A DNA stretch of 64,000 nucleotides from NCBI RefSeq assembly GCF_964213995.1, contig NC_135804.1, positions 69,254,001-69,318,000 on the forward strand, written 5' to 3'. Positions 12,778 through 25,564 of this stretch are shown here, piece after piece (within the stretch, counting starts at the first letter, position 1; every line of letters begins with the position of its first letter). The notes beneath the pieces are model-generated. The model worked only from the letters and a program-made list of their open reading frames with translations. It was not told the origin of the DNA and ran no database searches. This DNA comes from Mustelus asterias. Taxonomy: Eukaryota. The position numbers were made by a program, and so were the translations under genes.

Positions 12778-13885
12778 CTGTCTCCCCTCCCCCGCTCCCC
12801 GCCGCTGTCACCCCCTTCCCCTCTCCCAGCCGCTGTCTCCCTCTCTCCGCTGTCACCCCCCGCCACTGTCTACCTCTCCCTCTGTCCCCGCTGCTGTCTA
12901 CCTACCCTGCCGCTGTCTCCCCACCCCCTCTCCCTGCCGCAGTCTCCCTTCTCCCCCTCTCGCCGCTGTCTCCGCTCCCCCTCTCCCCACCGCTACCCCC
13001 TCCCCATCCCCTCTTCCCGCTATTGCCACCCTCCCCATCTCCTCGCTGCTGCCCCACTCTCCTTCCCATCTCTGCACCGCTGTCTCCCCTCCCCTTCTTC
13101 CCTCCCCCCTCCCTGCCGCTGTCTACCCCTCCCCATTTCCCAACCCTCTCTCCCCGCTGTTGTCTACCCACCCTGCCGCTGTCTTCCTGCCCCCTCTCCC
13201 TGCCGCTGTCTCTCTTCCCCCACTCCCGTTGCTGTCTCCTCTCCCCCACTCACTGCTGCTGTCTCCCCTCTCCCCGCCACTGCCCCCACCCCCTCTCCTC
13301 CCCTTCTCCCTGCCGCTGTCTCCCCTCCCCCGCCGCTGTCTCTCCTCCCCCTCTACCCGCCACTGCCTCCCCTCTTCCTCTCCCTGCCACTGCCTCCCCG
13401 TCTCTCCGCCGCTGCCTCCCCTTCCCCTCTCCCCGCTGTAGTCTCCCCTTCCCATCTGCCCGCCATTGTCTCCCCTCCCCCCACGACCCACCGCTGCCTC
13501 CCCTCCTCCTCTCCCTGCCACTGCCTCCCCTCCGCCTCTGCAGTCTCCTCTCCCCCTCTTCCTGCCGCTGTCTCCTCTCCCCGCCAGTTTCTCCTTTTCC
13601 TTTCTCCCCGCCAGTATCTCCCCTCCCCCTCTCCCCGCCGCTGAATCCCTTCTCCCCGCCACTGTATCCCCTCCCACTCTCTCTCTGTCTCCTTTTCCCA
13701 TATCCCCATCACTGTTTCCCTCTCCCAGCCACTGTCTCCCTCTCCCTGCCACTATTTCCCTCTCCCTGTCATTGTCTCCCTCTCTCCGCCATGTCTACCT
13801 CTCCCTCTCTCCTCTCCATGCCCTCCAACTGCATCTCTCCCCTTCTCCCCGGCCCTCTCTCCACCCCTCTGCCCCTCTCACTGCC
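12778..13885. repeat. C-rich degenerate minisatellite (unit about GCCGCTGTCTCCCCTCCCC)
   Basis: About 1.1 kb strongly pyrimidine-rich plus strand with recurrent CCGCTGTCTC. Confidence 0.9.
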
Positions 13886-15679
13886 TCATAAGAACATAAG
13901 AACTAGAATCAGGAATACACCATCTGGCCCCTTGAGCCTGCTCCGTCATTCAATGAGATCATGGCTGATCTTTTCGTGGACTCGGCTCCACTTACCCACC
14001 CACTCACCATAATCCTTAATTCCTTTACTGTTCAAACATTTATCTATCTTTGCCTTAAAAACATTCAATGAGGTAGCCTCAACTGCTTCACTGGGCAGGG
14101 AATTCCACAGATTCACAACGCTTTGTGTGAAGAAGTTCCTCCTCAACTCAGTCCTAAATCTGCTTCCCCTTATGTTGAGGCTTTGTCCCCTAGTTCTGGT
14201 TTGACCTGCCTGTGGAAACAACTTCCCTGCTTCTATCTTATCTATTCCCTTCATAATCTTATATGTTTCTATAAGATCTCCCCTTATTCTTCTGAATTCC
14301 AATGAGTATAGCCCCAGTCTATTCAGTCTCTACTCATCAGCCAACCATCTCAACTCCAGAATCAACCTAGTGAATCTTCTCTGCACCCCCTCCAGTACCA
14401 GTATATCCTTTCTCAAGTAAGGAGACCAAAACTGTACACAGTACTCCAGGTGTGGCCTCACCTGCACCTTATACAGCTGCAACATAACCTCGCTGTTTTT
14501 AAACTCCATCCCTCTGGCAATGAAGGACAAAATTCCATTTGCCTTCTTAATTACCTGCTGCACCTGCAAACCAACTCCTTGTGATTCTTGCACAAGGACA
14601 CCCAGGTCCCTCTGCACAGCAGCATGCTGCAATTTTTTACCATTTAAATAATAGTCCATTTTGTTGTTATTCCTACCAAAATAGATGACCTCACGTTTAC
14701 CAACATTGTACTCCATCTGCCAGACACTCACCCACTCACTTAGACTATCTATATCCCTTTGCAGACTTTCAGCGTCCTCTGCACACTTTGTTCTGCCACT
14801 CATCTTAGTGTCATCTGCAAATTTTGACACACTACACTTGGTCCCCAACTCCAAATCATCGATGTAAATCGTAAACAATTGCGGTCCCAGCACTGATTCC
14901 TGAGGTTTGCCACTAGTCACTGATCGCCAACCAGAAAAACACCCATTTACCCCCACTCTTTGCTTTCTGTTAGTTAACCAATCCCCTATCCATGCTAATA
15001 CATTACCTGTAACAATGTGCACCTTTATCTTATGTAACAGTCTTTGGTGCGGCACCTTGTCAAATGTCTTCTGGAAATCCAGATACACCACATCCACAGG
15101 GTTCCCCACTGTCCACTACACATGTAATGTTCTCAAAGAATTCCACCAAATTAGCCAAACATGACCTTCCCTTCATGAACCCATGCTGTGTCTTACCAAT
15201 GGGACAATTTATATCCAGATGTCTCGCTATTTCTTCCTTGATGATAGATTCAAGCATTTTCCCGACTACAGAAGTTAAGCTAACCGGCCTACAGTTACCT
15301 GCCTTTTGTCTACCTCCTTTTTTAAACAGTGGCGTCACATTTGCTGCTTTTCCAATCTGCGGGAACCACCCCAGATTTGGTAAATTACCACGAGTGCATT
15401 TCCTATTTCTCCCGCCATCTCTTTTAGTACCCTGGGATGCATTCCATCAGGATCAGGAGACTTGCCTACCTTAAGCTCCATTAGCTTGCCCAACCCTACC
15501 TCTTTCGTGATAATGATAATTTCCAGGACCTCACCTGCCATTGCCTTCCTGTCATCAATTTTTGGCATGTTATTTGTGTCTTTCACTGTGAAGACTGACA
15601 CAAAATACCTGTTCAATGCCTCAGCTATTATCTCATTTCCAGTTATTACATCCACCTTCTCTTCCTCTAAAGGACTAAT

Positions 15680-16440
15680 AGAGTTCAATGCAGAAGGAGT
15701 AACAGGAATACAGAGGGCTAATGGTATGATACTTGGTAGTGTGGATGAACAGAGAGATCTCGGTGTCCATGTGCATAGATCCCTGAAAGTTGGCACCCAG
15801 GTTGATAGGGTTGTTAAGAAGGCAGATGGAGTGTTAGCTTTTATTGATAGAAGGATTGAGTTTCGGAGCCAGGAGGTCATGTTGCAGCTGTACAAAACTC
15901 TGGTGCAGCCGCACTTGGAGTATTGCGTACAGTTCTGGTCACCGCATTATAGGAAGGATGTGGAAGCATTGGAAAGGGTGCAGAGGAGATTTACTAGGAT
16001 GTTGCCTGGTATGGTGGGAAAGTCTTATGAGGAAAGGCTGAGGGACTTGAGGTTGTTTTCGTTAGAGAGGAGAAGATTAAGAGGTGACTTAATAGAGGCA
16101 TACAAGATGATCAGAGGATTAGATAGGGTGGATAGTGAGAGCTTTTTTCCTCGGATGGTGATAGCTAGCACGAGGGGACATAGCTTTAAATTGAGGGGTG
16201 ATAGATTATAGGACAGATGTCAGAGGTAGGTTCTTTACTCAGAGAGTAGTAAAGGCGTGGAATGCCCTGCCTGCAGCAGTAGTGGACTCGCCAACATTAA
16301 GGGCATTTAAATGGTCATTGGATAAACATATGGATGATATTAGAATAGTGTAGGTTAGATGGGCTTTATATTGGTTTCACTGGCCGGCGCAACATCGAGG
16401 GCCGGAGGGCCTGCACTGCGCTGGAATGTTCTATGTTCAG
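15680..16440 (+). mobile_element. CR1 3' fragment nested in opposite orientation inside the full-length CR1
   Basis: QRDLGVHVHRSLK and PHLEYCVQFWSPH; tail tgttctatgttc; the host sequence resumes at tgtttactttagcc. Confidence 0.9.
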
Positions 16441-16988
16441 TGTTTACTTTAGCCATTCTTTTTCGTTTTATATATTTGTAGAAACTTTTGCTGCCTGTTT
16501 TTATATTCTGAACTAGTTTACTCTCATAATCCATCTTACTTTTCTTTATAGCTTTTTTCGTGGCTTTCTGTTGACCTTTAAAGATTTCCCAATCCTCGAG
16601 GCTCCAGCTAATCTTTGCCACTTTGTATGCATTTTCTTTCAATTTGATACCCTCCTTTATTTCCATAGATATCCATGGCTGATTATCTCTTTTCCTCCAG
16701 TCCTTCCTTATCACTGGTATATATGTTTACTGAGCACTGTGAAAGATCACTTTGAAAGTCCTCCACTGTTCCTCAATTCTCCCATCATAAAGTTTTTGCT
16801 CCCAGTCTACCTCAGCCAATGCCTCACTCATTCCTTTGTAGTCTCTTTTGTTTAAGCACAAGACACTGGTATTGGATTTTACCTTCTCACGCTCCATCTG
16901 TACTTTAATTTCAACCATACTATGATCGCTTCTTCCGAGAGGATCCCTATTTGCAAGATCATAATTATTCCTGTCTCATTACACAGGA

Positions 16989-18008
16989 TGTGGAGATTCC
17001 AACGCGCCACAGCGAAAAACCGCACCGACCTCCTCAGAAGACAAACACGGTACACAGTGGACAGAGTACCCTTCGTTGTCCAGTACTTCCCCGGAGCGGA
17101 GAAGCTACGGCATCTCCTCCGGAGCCTTCAACATGTCATTGATGAAGACGAACATCTCGCCAAGGCCATCCCCACACCCCCACTTCTTGCCTTCAAACAA
17201 CCGCACAACCTCAAACAGACCATTGTCCGCAGCAAACTACCCAGCCTTCAGGAGAACAGTGACCAAGACACCACACAACCCTGCCACAGCAACCTCTGCA
17301 AGACGTGCCGGATCATCGACACAGATGCCATCATCTCACGTGAGAACACCATCCACCAGGTACACGGTACATACTCTTGCAACTCGGCCAACGTTGTCTA
17401 CCTGATACGCTGCAAGAAAGGATGTCCCGAGGCATGGTACATTGGGGAAACTATGCAGACGCTGCGACAACGGATGAATGAACACCGCTCGACAATCACC
17501 AGGCAAGACTGTTCTCTTCCTGTTGGGGAACACTTCAGTGGTCACGGGCATTCGGCCTCTGATATTCGGGTAAGCGTTCTCCAAGGCGGCCTTCGCGACA
17601 CACGACAGCGCAGAGTCGCTGAGCAGAAACTGATAGCCAAGTTCCGCACACACAAGGACGGCCTCAACCGGGATATTGGGTTCATGTCACACTATCTGTA
17701 ACCCCCACAGTTGCGTGGACCTGCAGAGTTTCACTGGCTGTCTTGTCTGGAGACAATACACATCTTTTTAGCCTGTCTTGATGCTCTCTCCACTCCCATT
17801 GTTTTTTTTCTTAAAGACTGGATTAGTTGTAAGTATTCGCATTCCAACCATTATTCATGTAAATTGAGTCTGTGTCTTTATAAGCTCTGTTTGTGAACAG
17901 AATTCCCACTCACCTGAAGAAGGGGCTTAGAGCCTCGAAAGCTTGTGTGGCTTTTGCTACCAAATAAACCTGTTGGACTTTAACCTGGTGTTGTTAAACT
18001 TCTTACTG
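16989..18008 (+). mobile_element. Penelope-like element, GIY-YIG end plus terminal repeat, nested in CR1
   Basis: Closely similar to 6920-7930; VYLIRCKKGC..YIGET; 13-bp TSD TCATTACACAGGA (16976-16988 and 18009-18021). Confidence 0.95.
17906..17950 (+). ncRNA. Minimal type I hammerhead ribozyme (intact core)
   Basis: cac-CTGAAGA-a-GGGGCT tag AGCCTC-GAAA-gc-TT-gtg: CUGANGA/GAAA/UH core, 6-bp stem II, cac/gtg stem I, palindromic AAGCTT stem III. Confidence 0.75.
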
Positions 18009-20144
18009 TCATTACACAGGACCAGATCTAGGATAGCTTGCTCCCTCGTAGGTTCCATGACATACTGTTCAAGGAAGCTATCGCGGTTACATCCTATGAA
18101 CTCCTCTTCAAGGCTGTCTTGACCAACCTGGTTTGACCAATGATATGTAGATTAAAATCACCCATGATAATTGCTGTACCATTTTTACATGCACAGTTAT
18201 TTCTTTGTTTATTTCTCACCCCACCATGATGTCATTATTTGGTGGTCTACAGACTACGCCTATCAGTGATGTTTTCTTCTTACTATTTCTAATTTCCACC
18301 CAAATGGATTCAACCTTTTTTTCGATAGAACCTACATCACCTCTCACTACCGCCCTGATGTCATCCTGAAATATCAGAACTACACCACCAACCTTACCAT
18401 CCTGTCGGTCCCTCCGAACAGTCTGATATCCCTGGATATTTAACTCCCAGTCGTGACCATCCTGCAACCATGTCTCTGTAATGGCCACCAAATCATACTC
18501 GTTCGCAATGATTTGTGCCGTCAATTCATTTACCTTGTTTCGAATACTATGAGCATTCAGATAAAGTGCCCTTATGGTAGTTTTTGTACCTTCTTTTTCA
18601 ATTCTAACACTTCCAACAATAACATCTCCTGAGTTCTCCTTCCTTTTAACATTTTTCCTAACTTTTGATATAGTTGGAACATTCTCCCCATATTTCGTCC
18701 TTGCTCCCTCCTTCTCGGACTCCTTACATAGGTTCCCATCCCCCGGCATATTAGTTTAAATGGTACTAAATTAGATTAAGTTAAATTAGTTTGAATGATA
18801 TTAGTTTAAACCCTCCCCAACCACTCTAGCAAACATTCTCCCTGGGACATCAGTCCCAGTCCTGCCCAGGTATAACCCGTCCAATTTGTATAGGTCCCAC
18901 CTCCCCCAGAACTGGTCTCAATGCCCCTGGAATCTGAAACCCTTCCCCGACACCATCTCTTCAGCCACGTATTTATCCGATATATCCTGTCATTTCTACT
19001 TTGACTAGCATGTGGCACCGGTAGTAATCCTGAGATCACTATCTTTGAGGTCCAATTTCTTAACATTCTTCCTCGCTCCCTGTATTCTGCTTTTAGGACC
19101 CCATCTCTTTTTTTACCCATGTCGTTTGTACCAACGTGTACTACGACCACTGGCTGTTCGCCCTCCTCCTTCAGAATATCCTGCAGCCACTCTGAGACAT
19201 CCTTGACCTGAGCACTAGGGAGGCAACATAGCATCCTGGAGTCTCGTTTGCGGCCACAGAAATGCCTGTCTATTCCCTTTACAATCGAATCTCCTGTAAC
19301 TATTGCACTGGCAGACTTTTTACCCCTCCCCTCTGCAGCAGAACCAACCGTGGTGCAACGGGTTTGGCTGCTGCTGCTTTCCCTCGAGAGGTCATTCCCT
19401 CAATAGTATCCAAAGCGGTATATCTGTTCTGCAGGGGAATGACCACAGGAGGTTCCTGCACTAACTGCCTGTCTCTCTTGCTCTGTCTGGTGGTCACCCA
19501 TTCCCTTCTTGCCTGTGCAGTCTGAGCCTGCGGTGTGACCACCTCTCTATACCTGCTATCCTTGATACGCTCTGATTCGCGGATGCTCCACAGTGTCTCC
19601 AGCTCTGAAATTCGAGCTTCCAGGAGCTGTAGCTGGAGACACTTTGTGCACACATGCTGACCCAGGGGACTAGAACTGTCCCCAGCCTGCCACATGGAGG
19701 CAGGAGAAGCAAACCATGGCTTGGAGCTTTCCAGTCATGTCTTACCCCTTTAAACTTTTTAAAGTTGTTTTGTTTCAGATTTTATCCAATTTTCTAGTGC
19801 CCTTCTTTCCTGCTCCTTGTTACTACCGAATATAACGTTTATAAACTATAAACCACAGAAATTACACAGAAACACTATTGCAGTGTCCAACAACAACAAC
19901 TATAATGCCAAGAGCAAAAAGAAAAAAATAACACTTACTTACCAATCAGCACTCTCCCTTGTAGCCTCTGCTGCTTGTTTCACCGAACTCGCTCTGTTCA
20001 CCCAACTCCAAAAGCACTTCTCACAGTCTGGGAGCACTCACCGTGCAGTCAGGGCAGCACTCTGAGGCCACTATTCTTATAGGTACAACTATACACAAGG
20101 CCCTGGAACTGGTTTTAATTAGTTGTACAAACAACCAGCTAACA

Positions 20145-20966
20145 CCTCACCCCGCCCCCACCCCTCCTTGCCACCCCCCTCGCCCGGCCCTCTCCCTTAC
20201 CCCACTGGTATCCCATCTTGCCCCACCTGTCACCCCCTCCCTGCCCCTCTCCCCCTGCCCCTATTCCCCTCCCCTTCATCCCTCACCGCCTTGCCCCCAT
20301 CCCTCTCCCCCTCCCTCTCCCCCTCCCCCTCACACCACGCCTGCCCTTTCCCCTCCCTTCTCCCTCTTGCCATGCCCCCACCCCCTCACGCCACCCACCC
20401 TCCCCCTCGCCCCACCCCCTCTCTCACTCACCCTGCCCCCCTCTCCCTCGCCGCACCCTTCCTCCCCCCTCAACCCGCCCCCCATCCCCCTTGCCCCCTC
20501 TTCCTCACCCCACCCCCCTCCCCCTCCTCACCTCTCCCTTGCCCCGCCCCACCCTCCCCCTCCCCCCACCCCACCCTCGCCCTTGTCCCGTCACTCTCCC
20601 CCTTGCCGGGCCCCTCTCCCCATTTCACACTGCACCTCTCCCCCAATGCCCCACGCTTCTGCCCACCCCTCTCCACCTTACCCCGCCCCTCTCCTCCTCG
20701 CTGATCTCCCCCACCCCCTCTCCCCTCCTTGCCTTCCCTTGTACCTCAAACTCCCATTCCCCTCTCCCCTTGCCCCACCCCTCTCCCCTTGGCCTGCCCC
20801 TCTCCCCTTGCCCTGCCCCTCTCCCCTTGCCCTGCCCTGCCTCACAACCTCTTGCCCTGCCACACACTCCCGTGCCCCGCCCCACACTCCCTTGCCGCGC
20901 CCCACACCCTCTTGCCCTGCCCCACAACCTCTTGCCTCCCCCCACACCCCGTTCCCCGCCCCACAC
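20145..20966. repeat. C-rich low-complexity tract (G-rich on the minus strand)
   Basis: About 0.8 kb of runs such as CCCCTCTCCCC and TTGCCCC. Confidence 0.9.
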
Positions 20967-22393
20967 ATAGCTAATGTGGTCCCGTTATTTAAGAAGGGTA
21001 GGAAGGATAACCCGGGAAATTATAGGCCGGTGAGCTTGACGTCCGTGGTTGGGAAGTTGTTGGAGAGGATTCTTAGAGATAGGATGTCTGCGCATTAAGA
21101 AAGGAATGAACTCATTAACGATAATCAGCATGGTTTTGTGAGAAGGAGGTCTTGCCTCACTAACCTGGTGGAGTTTTTTGAAGAAGTGACGAGAATGGTT
21201 GATGAGGGAAGGGCCGTGGATGTCGTCTATATGGACTTTAGTAAAGCGTTTGACAAATTCCCTCATGGTAGGTTGGTGTAAAAGGTTGGATCTCATGGGA
21301 TAAAGGGGGAGGTGGCTAGATGGGTGGAGAGCTGGCTTGGTCACAGAAGACAGAGGTGGTAGTGGAAGGGTCTTTTTCTGTCTGGATGCCTGTGACTAGT
21401 GGTGTTCCGCAGGGCTCTGTATCGGGACCTCTGCTGTTTGTGATTTATACAAACGATCTGGAAGAAGGAGTAACTGGGGTGATCAGTAAGTTTGCGGATG
21501 ACACGAAAATGGCTGGACTTGCAGATAGTGAGGAACATTGTCAGAGATTACAGAAGGATATAGATAGGCTGGAAATTTAGGCAAAGAAATGGCAGATGGA
21601 GTTCAATCCAGATAAATGCGAAGTGATGCATTTTGGTAGAACTAACGTCGGGGGGAGCTATACGATAAATGGCAGAACCATAAAGGGTGTAGATACGCAG
21701 AGGGACCTGGGCGTGCAAGTCCACAGATCCTTGAAGGTGATGTCACAGGTGGAGAAGGTAGTGAATAAGGCATATGGCATGCTTGCCTTTATAGGACGGG
21801 GCATAGAGTATAAAAGTTGGGATGATGTTGCAGATGTATAGAACGTTGGTTCGGCCGCATTTGGAATACTGCACCCAGTTCTGGTTGCCACACTACCGGA
21901 AGGACGTGGAGGCTTTAGAGAGAGTGCAGAGGAGGTTTACCAGGATGTTGCCTGGTATGGAAGGGCTTAGTTGTGAGGAGAGATTGGGTAAACTGGGGTT
22001 GTTCTCACTGGAAAGATGGAGGATGAGGGGTGACCTAATAGAGGTGTATAAAATTATGAAAGACACAGATAGGGTGAACGGTGGGAAGCTTTTTCCCAGA
22101 TCGGTGGTGACGTTCACGAGGGGTCATAGGTTCAAGGTGAGGGGGGAGGGAGGTTTAACATGGATACCAGAAGGATGTATTTTACACAGAGGGTGGTGGG
22201 GGCCTGGAATGCGCTGCCGGGCAAGGTGGTGGAGGCGGACACACTGGGAACGTTTAAGACTTATCTAGATAGCCGCATGAACGGAGTGGGAATGGAGGGA
22301 TACAAAAGAATGGTCTAGTTTGGACCAGGGAGCGGCGTGGGCTTGAAGGGCCGAAGGGCCTGTTCCTGTGCTGTATTGTTCTTTGTTCTTTGT
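20967..22393 (+). mobile_element. CR1 LINE RT to 3' end
   Basis: ANVVPLFKKG, NYRPVSLTS and SKFADDTK; tail tgttctttgttctttgt. Confidence 0.95.
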
Positions 22394-23661
22394 AGAGACC
22401 AGGAATGTAGGAGGGGCTGACAGCAACACTGGGCCAACAACGAGGCTGTTGGGAGGAGTCCCAAATCTTTCAGGTCCAGCTGCTATTGCTGATCTTATGT
22501 GGTTCCCAGGTCCAAAATGAAAGTGGGGTGTCAGCGGTGGAAAGCCTGGGGCAGGAAATGATCACTTGAGTGGCAGGGTCCAAGCGATGGCTAAGTCACA
22601 GCTGTCCACAGACGATTCCCAGAGGGCCACAGCTGAGTCACAGCAGGCCACAGCTAAGTCGGAGTGGGCCATACCTGAGGGCCTCAACAAGCTTATTGAG
22701 ATTCTGCAGCTGGTGGCTGAGAGGCTCGAGAGCTTGCAGGAGACCAGTGGGACAGCACCGAGCCACAGCGGGCTATGGCAGCAGCCCTTGGGAATGTGGC
22801 CCAATCTTAGAAGGTCATGACTGAGGGACTGCAGAGCATGGTCCAGTTTCAGAGGGCAGGTGCTGCTTCCATTGTCATGTGCCCTCAGAGTCAGAGCACC
22901 ATCGCTGAGCACTGTGCAGGAGGCCGAATGCAGGTGGGCCTCCAGATCTGGCAGGGCCCGGTGATGGTGGAGCTTCTGCAGTTCAGTGCAGAAGCACCAG
23001 CATCCCTTTGAGTGACCCAGGGGCCCATAGGAACCCTGAAGGAGGAGGAAGGTCTGGGGCCCATGTCGGGGCATTGCACCCCAGAGATGCAGCTGTGACT
23101 ATAGCTTCTGACTCCCTCCTTCCTGACACCTTCCTGACTATCTCAGGGGCATTGTGATGAACAAGATGACATGGATACGTTTGTGACATCTGAAAGCCAG
23201 ACGGGGTCCTCAATGTCCAGGCCCTCCAGAGGACGATTGCCAAAGGGCATCACAGAGCACAGGGCAAGGTAGGCAGCTGCCCACTTCCACCTCTGGCGTA
23301 CATCCTGGGGAGACACCAAGACACAGTGCTAGACCATGTAGAGTTAAGAAGCTATAACGTCACAAAATGGCATGGGTAAAGGACCACAACTGTTAGATTG
23401 AGGAATTAGGCACTGTAAAGTTTCACTTCCACTTATTATATATGAGCACTTAGATTGAGGGCCCAGTTATTGACAGCAATAAATGATGCTGCCCCCACAG
23501 CTGTTTCTAAATTGTCTGTGATTAGCCTCCAATAGGGATGACCATACCCCGATCTTCACCAGAGGGACTATGCACGTTGATGTTCATGGAGGAGGGCCTT
23601 CAGTGCACCACATTTTGAAAATCAACGCATTCCAATCATCCACTGGTGACAGCATGTGGCA

Positions 23662-23915
23662 GAAAGAAGTCTCACCACACCAGGTTAAAGTCCAACATGT
23701 TTATTTGGGAGCAAACACCACTAGCTTTCGGAGAGCTGCTCCTTCATCAGGTGAGAGGGAGTTCTGTTTACAAACAGGGGAAATAACGACACAAACTCAA
23801 TTTGCAGAATAATGATTGGAATGCGAGTCTTTACAGCTAATCAAGTCTTAAAGGTACAGACAATGTGAGTGGAGAGAGCATTAAGCACAGGTTAAAGAGA
23901 TGTGCATTGTCTCCA
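23662..23915 (-). mobile_element. Penelope terminal-repeat fragment
   Basis: Reverse complement of the 7665-7925 3' region; 14-bp TSD GACAGCATGTGGCA (23648-23661 and 23916-23929). Confidence 0.9.
23717..23756 (-). ncRNA. Minimal type I hammerhead ribozyme (intact core)
   Basis: Minus strand cac-CTGATGA-a-GGAG c agc t CTCC-GAAA-gc-TA-gtg. Confidence 0.7.
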
Positions 23916-24289
23916 GACAGCATGTGGCAAGCAGGGCACCGACTTACAACATCTCCAGTGACGTCCCCAGAATCAAAGAAACATACTCCCATGCCACCCT
24001 TGCATGCCACAAGGTCCTGCATTGGTGTTTATTCTCCCTTACCCCCACCCTGTTCTGGACCCAGGTGCGAGCGGGCATGCAGAGCTCAGATAAGAGTCAC
24101 ACCTGTTTGCACAATGGCAGCGTCACATAGTGTCACATAATGAGTCTTCATCACCCTCCTGTCTGCCACAGAAACATGCCAACAGAGCTGACAGAGGCCC
24201 ACCACACTGGTGTAAATTTGGTGCAGGGGTGACTCAGGGTACACAATGGGGGGGCAGTTGGAATCCAGCAGCAGCAACACAGGCCCCCT

Positions 24290-25560
24290 AGTTGGCAAAG
24301 CTCGTGTTGCTGAGGGCCTCCCTAGCTGCCCTTACATGTCAGATTCTTGCTGCTGCCAACCATCCAGCACCTGGGTGGTTGTGGTTGTGGTGGTGGTGGT
24401 CATCGTCACCTTCCACTTCCTCCACATCCTCCTGGGTAGCCTCCTCCCCAGCATTGTCCATCTGGTTGTGCTTGACATCCTCGTCCTCAAGGGAGTTTCC
24501 CCGTTCATGTGAAAGTTGTGCAGGGCACAGCAGACCACCAAAATATTGAACACTGTCAGGGATCTAAACTTTCAGGGCACTGCCAGAGTAGATACCTGAT
24601 CAGCATTTTCAGGAGCCCTATGTGCTGCTCCATGATAGACGACATGGCAGCATGGCCATTATTGCATTGTGTGTCCGCCTAGGTCCCAGGCCTCCACACA
24701 GGCATCACCAGCGAAGTCTGAATTGGGTACCCCATGTCTCCCACCAGCCATCCCTGCACGCTGGGTTCCTCCCCAAAGCCCCTGGCATATCAGGGCTTCC
24801 CAAAGTGAAACTACCATGCATGCTTTCAGGATGTCTGGCACACATGTGCATGATGCATAGCTGATGGTCGCACACCAACTGCACATTGATGGATTTTCCT
24901 GTTGGTGAAGTGGGCTGAGTTCTTCGGGGACCTCATGGTGACATGTAAGCACTCGAAAGCCCCCTGCAGGTTCTATATCCCCACAATGGCAGCAAATCCT
25001 ACAGCCTGGGCTTCTTGCTGATCCTGTCCCACACCAAATTTAATGTACTGGGCTGCCAGAAATACATGGCATCTGTGACTTTGTGTACACATTTGTGGAC
25101 AGAGGACTGGGAGATGCCACAAAATTTCCCACCGGCTGTCTGGAAGGATACGGTTGCATAGACATTTATGTCTTCACCTTTATAACCACCGGTAGTAGGT
25201 GCTCCCCTGTGCTCAGAGGTAACAAATCCTTCAGTAAATGTCACAGGTGGCACACTGTCACTTCTGTTGGCAAAGATGTCACAGGAGGCGATATCCGAGA
25301 GTTGTGAAAAAGGCACTCGCATCCTGAACTGCCAGGGTCTCAGTTCCCTTATTCTGCTGCCCTTCTCCTCCTGGATTGTCGGCCAACCTCCTGCCTCCAA
25401 TGGGCATCTCCGTCTCCTGCAGCAGCCAGTGGCATTGGCTGGCCATGTTATACCTGCAGTTCATGCTATTTCTCCTCCACTGCTCCAGCAACCACTAAAA
25501 TGCGTACAGCGTCTGTAAGTTGCATCTCTAATGCAATCAATAATCTGGTGGGCTGGTGCG
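24290..25560 (-). mobile_element. Harbinger (PIF) DNA transposon, degraded HARBI1-like DDE transposase
   Basis: Fragments CGISQSSVHKCVHKVTDAM, GWLVGDMGYP..LVMP and ILVVCCALHN on the minus strand. Confidence 0.8.
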
Positions 25561-25564
25561 GTGG

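Larger units (their letters stand above)
13886..20140 (-). mobile_element. Near full-length CR1 LINE: 5'UTR, ORF1 (Cys motif/leucine zipper + SGNH esterase), ORF2 (APE+RT), tail; degraded, with two nested insertions
   Basis: ORF1 HVCTKCLQLQLLEARISELE and VVVHVGTNDMGK; ORF2 YLNAHSIRNK..AITETWL, NCRPVSLTS and SKFADDTK; tail (cataagaa)n on the plus strand at 13886. Confidence 0.92.

Noticed and set aside
12686-14012. Long Pro/Leu/Ser-rich ORFs (up to 431 aa) and their Gly/Arg-rich antisense ORFs
   Set aside because: All frames are open only because the C-rich minisatellite lacks stop codons; the same applies to 20043-21098 and 53977-55657.
24290-25560. Domesticated HARBI1 host gene
   Set aside because: Multiple frameshifts and stops and a second decayed copy at 30480-31260 indicate dead transposons.
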